A DNA stretch of 64,000 bases, taken from NCBI GenBank assembly GCA_951406725.2, contig OX597828.1:27466001-27530000 (forward strand). The letters are read 5' to 3'. Position numbers and translations under genes: made by a program. The notes beneath the pieces were generated by a model. It was not told where the DNA came from. It saw nothing but the letters and a program-made list of their open reading frames with translations, and made no database searches. How positions within the stretch are numbered: the first letter of the stretch is position 1; each line of letters begins with the position of its first letter. The stretch is from Octopus vulgaris (Eukaryota). This document shows, piece by piece, positions 58,630 through 64,000 of this stretch.

Positions 58630-58818
58630 AGTGCAGGTGGAATGAAAACAAGCACCCAGTACTCTGTAAAGTGGCTGATGTTAGAAAAGAGCATCCAGCT
58701 ATAGAAACCAGGCCAACGCTGACACTGGAGCTCAGCAATCACTCTGTGGCTCATCAGAACCTGTCAAACCTTTCAGACTGGTAAACATGGTAAATGATGA
58801 TGATGATGATGATGATGA
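58630..58818 (+). mobile_element. Diverged RTE 3' end
   Basis: agcacccagtactctgtaaagtgg...gagcatccagctatagaaacc...(gat)n. Confidence 0.75.
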
Positions 58819-60084
58819 ACCATTTCTCATGATAATAATTAGCCGTTATTTATCTTTCAAAATCCATATCAAAGAAAAGACATGACCCCTTAAAATATTA
58901 TCAATGGTGGCAGATAACTTAAAATTTAAAGATGCATTTCTCTCTTGTTTGTTTGTTTTTTAATATAATTCTGTTGTTTCCTTAGGTTGTATTGTGAAAC
59001 TCTGTTGAGAGTTTTCAGTACTATTGTGCAAAGTGTTCACCTAAACCCAGAGAATTTTCTGTGTATTTCGGTGTATTTAATTTGCCTTTGTGTGATGAGC
59101 TTCGCTGTCATTCACAATATGTTGTTTGGACAAAGAAGAATATTTAATTATAATATTACTGCTCCAACCAGAAATATGTAAATATCTCAGTCTCAGCCAG
59201 ACTGAGAGGTGGGGGGGGCAACAGAGAGAGAGAGTGAAGGAGTGGGTGAAGGAAAAGACAAAAAATATTGTTCGATCCTTCATCAAAATAATGAAAAGTT
59301 TTAGGGATAAGAAATTAAAAATGAATATGAAATATTCACTGCCTGTTCTCTCTTAAAACTATATCTTAATCACACTTTACCTAAACAGTTTTAATAAGAT
59401 GAAAATTATTTCCTTTTCATTGCAATACAATAGAAATTAAATTAATGATTATAAGCAACAATAAGAAAAAAAGAATCATGCAATTTCTATATTACAAGAA
59501 TCATCTGCTGGTGCATTTCCCATTTAAAAATGAAAAGGAATAAATTGTTTGTATTGGCCATTTTTGCTTGTATGAACATATTACGCAGACAAACAGTCTA
59601 CATGAATAGTGTAGTGTCTTTTGAAATGTTTTTGAGTTATTTAGCTGTTATCAAACTAGATTCAGCTTGTATTAGAGAAAAAAAAAATTGGCTAAATTTC
59701 AGAATTCCATAGTGAAATAATACACAGAAATCCTATGAATGCCAGGAAGAAAATTGCCAACTACTAAGTTAGTTCTGTGCTAGTAGTATTTGTCTTGGGT
59801 TACTTTAAGTTTATTAAGTATTTCTACTGCATATTTTTTTATAATGCATGTCAGAAGGCTGTTGCACTCATGATCACAAAACTGTGGTTTCAGTTCCAGG
59901 ATTATGTGGTGCACTTTGTTCTTGAGCAAAGCACTTCATATCATGCTGCTCAAGTTCTCTCAGTTGTAGACAAGTGCGACCCCTGCCGAGAGTTTGCATC
60001 GCTTTTTAGGGAAATGTTGTGATTTTGGAAACTGGATAGTTGGCACTGAGTTCTAGGACTCATAGTGTCAGTAATGTCCAGGGG

Positions 60085-60463
60085 TTTACTTGTTTCTGTT
60101 ATAGGACTGCAGTCATACTGGAGCAGTGCCTTAAAAGTTTTAGTCAAACATATCGGCACTGGTGTTTGTTTTGTTTTTTTGTTATTTAAAAAAAAAAGTT
60201 TTATACTTATTCTATTATTTTCTTTTTGCCAAACTGCTAAGTTACAGGGGTGTAAACAAACTAACACCAGTTGTCAAGCTGTGGTAGGGGGACAAACACA
60301 TATGACAGGCTTCCACACAGTTTCCATCTACCAAATTCATTCACAAGGTATTGGTTTTCTTGGAGTTATTTATAGTAGAAGACATTTTTCCAAGTTGCTG
60401 CTCAGTGGGATTGAACCTGAAATCAGATGATTGCAAAGCAAGCTTATTAACCATACAGCCAGG
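60085..60463 (-). mobile_element. Diverged SINE family A
   Basis: ttacttgtttc...tactggagcagtgcc...gggattgaacctg...aaccatacagcc. Confidence 0.8.
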
Positions 60464-60627
60464 CTTGCTTCTCATTTTGTATAAAATAACCCTACTCAGA
60501 GATTCTTTGGGATCATCCTTCAAGCAATCAGGTGCCTAAAAATGATGAATGCTTTGTCATTGACAAAAGCAGGTACATTGATATTAATAATAAAAGGTGA
60601 CTCTTCTTACATGGTAACCCCACAATT

Positions 60628-60830
60628 GCTGGTGCCATGAAAAAAGCACCCAGTACTCTCTGTAAAATGGTTGGTATTAGGAAATACATCCAGTCATGGA
60701 TACTTTGCCGCATCAGACACTGGAGACCAACACAGCCCTTAGCTTAGTCTGTTCCTGTTGAACCATCCATGATTTGTTCCGTGCCAGTATGGAACATGGA
60801 AATAAAATAATGGCGATGATGCTGATGGTG
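60628..60830 (+). mobile_element. Diverged RTE 3' end
   Basis: ggtgccatgaaaaaagcacccagtactctctgtaaaatggttggtattaggaaatacatccag. Confidence 0.7.
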
Positions 60831-61677
60831 AACTGTATAGATATACGAATGGAAAGAGAGGCTTGTATGTTTGATGAAAGTAAATAACTTGGTGTTATCT
60901 CAACTCTTCTCCATTCGCTTTGCTTCATCCTTGATTTTTCAAAAGTCCAAGGAATATAAAAGCAAAACAGATTCCAAGATCTGCCTCTACACACGACAAA
61001 ACTGCTATTTCACTTTACATACACAGAATGGTTAAAGAGATGGCTCTCAAGGACTGAGTGTGTACATATGTGTTAATTTTAAAAAATTTATTTAGTAACA
61101 TTTTATCCAAAAAACCCACAGCATTTCTCTTGAGTAGTGGTGCATTTCGTTTTTTTTTTAAAATAGTCCAGAAGTATTATCTTCAACCATTTTTAAAAAT
61201 TGTTGTCGATCAGGTTGTTTACTTCCTGAAAGTCTTCTCATCATTCTCAATATTTCCTGTTGGTTTAGAGGCCTTTTTGTCAGCTCTGTAGCACCATTGG
61301 CTTTCTTGCTTCAAACAACGTCATGAATATGCAGTTGCGGAAAAATTTTAGTATTCAGATTGCAAAAGTATCGATAAAATACAACTGGATATTTTAAGAA
61401 CTAAAATTGTTAAAAATGGAATTAGCAACTGTAATATTAACAACAGCAATCACTGGAAAAAGTTGGGTTTTTTTTAATAAATAAATAAAGGAATTAATAA
61501 ATAAAAAGCAAAACCACACAACTTTTGCCAGAAATGTTTCTTTGTCTGAAGAAGCTACATCCAGAATTACATTATGAGGTTTTGAAAATATTTATTCACA
61601 AAGATAATTGTGTGTGTGTGAGAAAGAGAAAGAGAGACGGTGTTTGTATGTCTGTCAATATGTGTGTACATGTGTGC

Positions 61678-62711
<1,034 letters not shown>

Positions 62712-62801
62712 GGATAATAAAATGAATGGAATTGATACTAGGTGTGTCGAAACAATTGTGATTAATAAATTCTCGTATATTCCATTGTCTGTCTTTCACT
62801 T

Positions 62802-62843
<42 letters not shown>

Positions 62844-62863
62844 GGTGTGTGTGGGTGTATGTA

Positions 62864-62906
<43 letters not shown>

Positions 62907-63146
62907 TTATATACATATATATGTATGTGTATTTTTTCAATGTGTACAAATAGCATGGTGAAAAAAATAGTTATTAGGGTAGCAGAAATTCACATAAGTT
63001 CCAAGGATATAACAGCCTACTTATAAAGGTAGAAATTCGAAGGTTTAGTAAAATCTTTTTCTATAACATATATAAATAAATAAATGGAGTTAAACACAGG
63101 TGTTATTCAACTCTTTATACTTCCAACATATGTTTCGAAGAAAACA

Positions 63147-63480
63147 TTGGGCAAGTGTTTTCTACTATAGCTTCAGGCTGACCAAAGACTTCTGAGTGGA
63201 TTTGATAGATGGAAACTGGAAAAAGTAAGTCATATATGTGCGTGTGTTTGTGTGTGCGTGGGTGTGCGTTTGTGTCTATGTCCGCCACCACCACTTGACA
63301 ACCGATGTTGGTGTGTTTATGTCCTATAACTTAGAAGTTTAACAAAAATGACTAATAGAATAAGTATCAGTTTAAGAGAAAAAAAAACAAAAAATAAGTA
63401 CTGGGCTTGATTCATTCAACTAAAATTCTTCAGGATGGTGCCCCAGCATGGCCACAGTCTAATGACTGAAACAAGTAAGA
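63147..63480 (+). mobile_element. 5'-truncated SINE family A
   Basis: ttgggcaagtgttttctactatagc...ccccagcatggccacagtctaatgactgaaacaagtaa. Confidence 0.85.
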
Positions 63481-64000
63481 GGTAACAGACATATGTGTAT
63501 GTATACATGCACCTGTGTTTATGTTTATATCAATTTAAACAGGTACAACCCGTCTGATGTACTGCCACAGATCTTCTGCCTAACTTTTCTTATAAGAAAT
63601 GATTTGAACCAACAATATGATAAAGAGTAAAAGACATTTCCCTTAAGTGCCATATGAAGGGATTGAACTCAGAATGTTATGATTCAAGTGATTTGTAACC
63701 ACACAGCCATTGCTATCATGCATATGTATTTATGATTACACACACACTAAGACTCATGCTCACACATATGTGCAAGTGCCTTTATGTGTGTGTGTGTGTG
63801 TATCTACACATATCTACACTCTTGCAAATACATACATGTTTGTGTGAGTGTATATATAAATAAATATATCGTAGGTATATACATTCAGTGAGAGAGAGAG
63901 AGAGAGAGTAGGGAGTGTATATTATATTATAAAGTGAATTTAAAATGCATCCACACAAAATTCTGTGTTTATAAACATTGTTTGCATGTGTGTGTGTGTT

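Overview
Very AT-rich eukaryotic DNA with no supportable complete protein-coding gene. The repeat families and the density of (TA)n, (TG)n and (CAT)n microsatellites resemble an octopus (coleoid cephalopod) genome; this taxon call is inferred from recognised repeat sequences, not from a search. Nearly all listed ORFs (YIYI, VCVC, HTHT, T-rich) are microsatellite read-throughs. Supported content: at least four tRNA-derived SINE families; many 5'-truncated 3' ends of an RTE-clade LINE plus a 1.1 kb degenerate RT fragment; a degenerate Tc1/mariner; MITEs (one with an 8-bp TSD, and piggyBac-type TTAA copies); and a (TA)n-abutting repeat family carrying a minimal hammerhead-ribozyme-like core, probably Penelope-derived. 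Most notable are several fold-back palindromes centred on (TA)n arrays, a 480-bp hairpin with a homogenised centre, and a 17-bp minisatellite grown from a SINE head. A few splice-site-bounded micro-exon candidates suggest the window is intronic to an unidentified gene.
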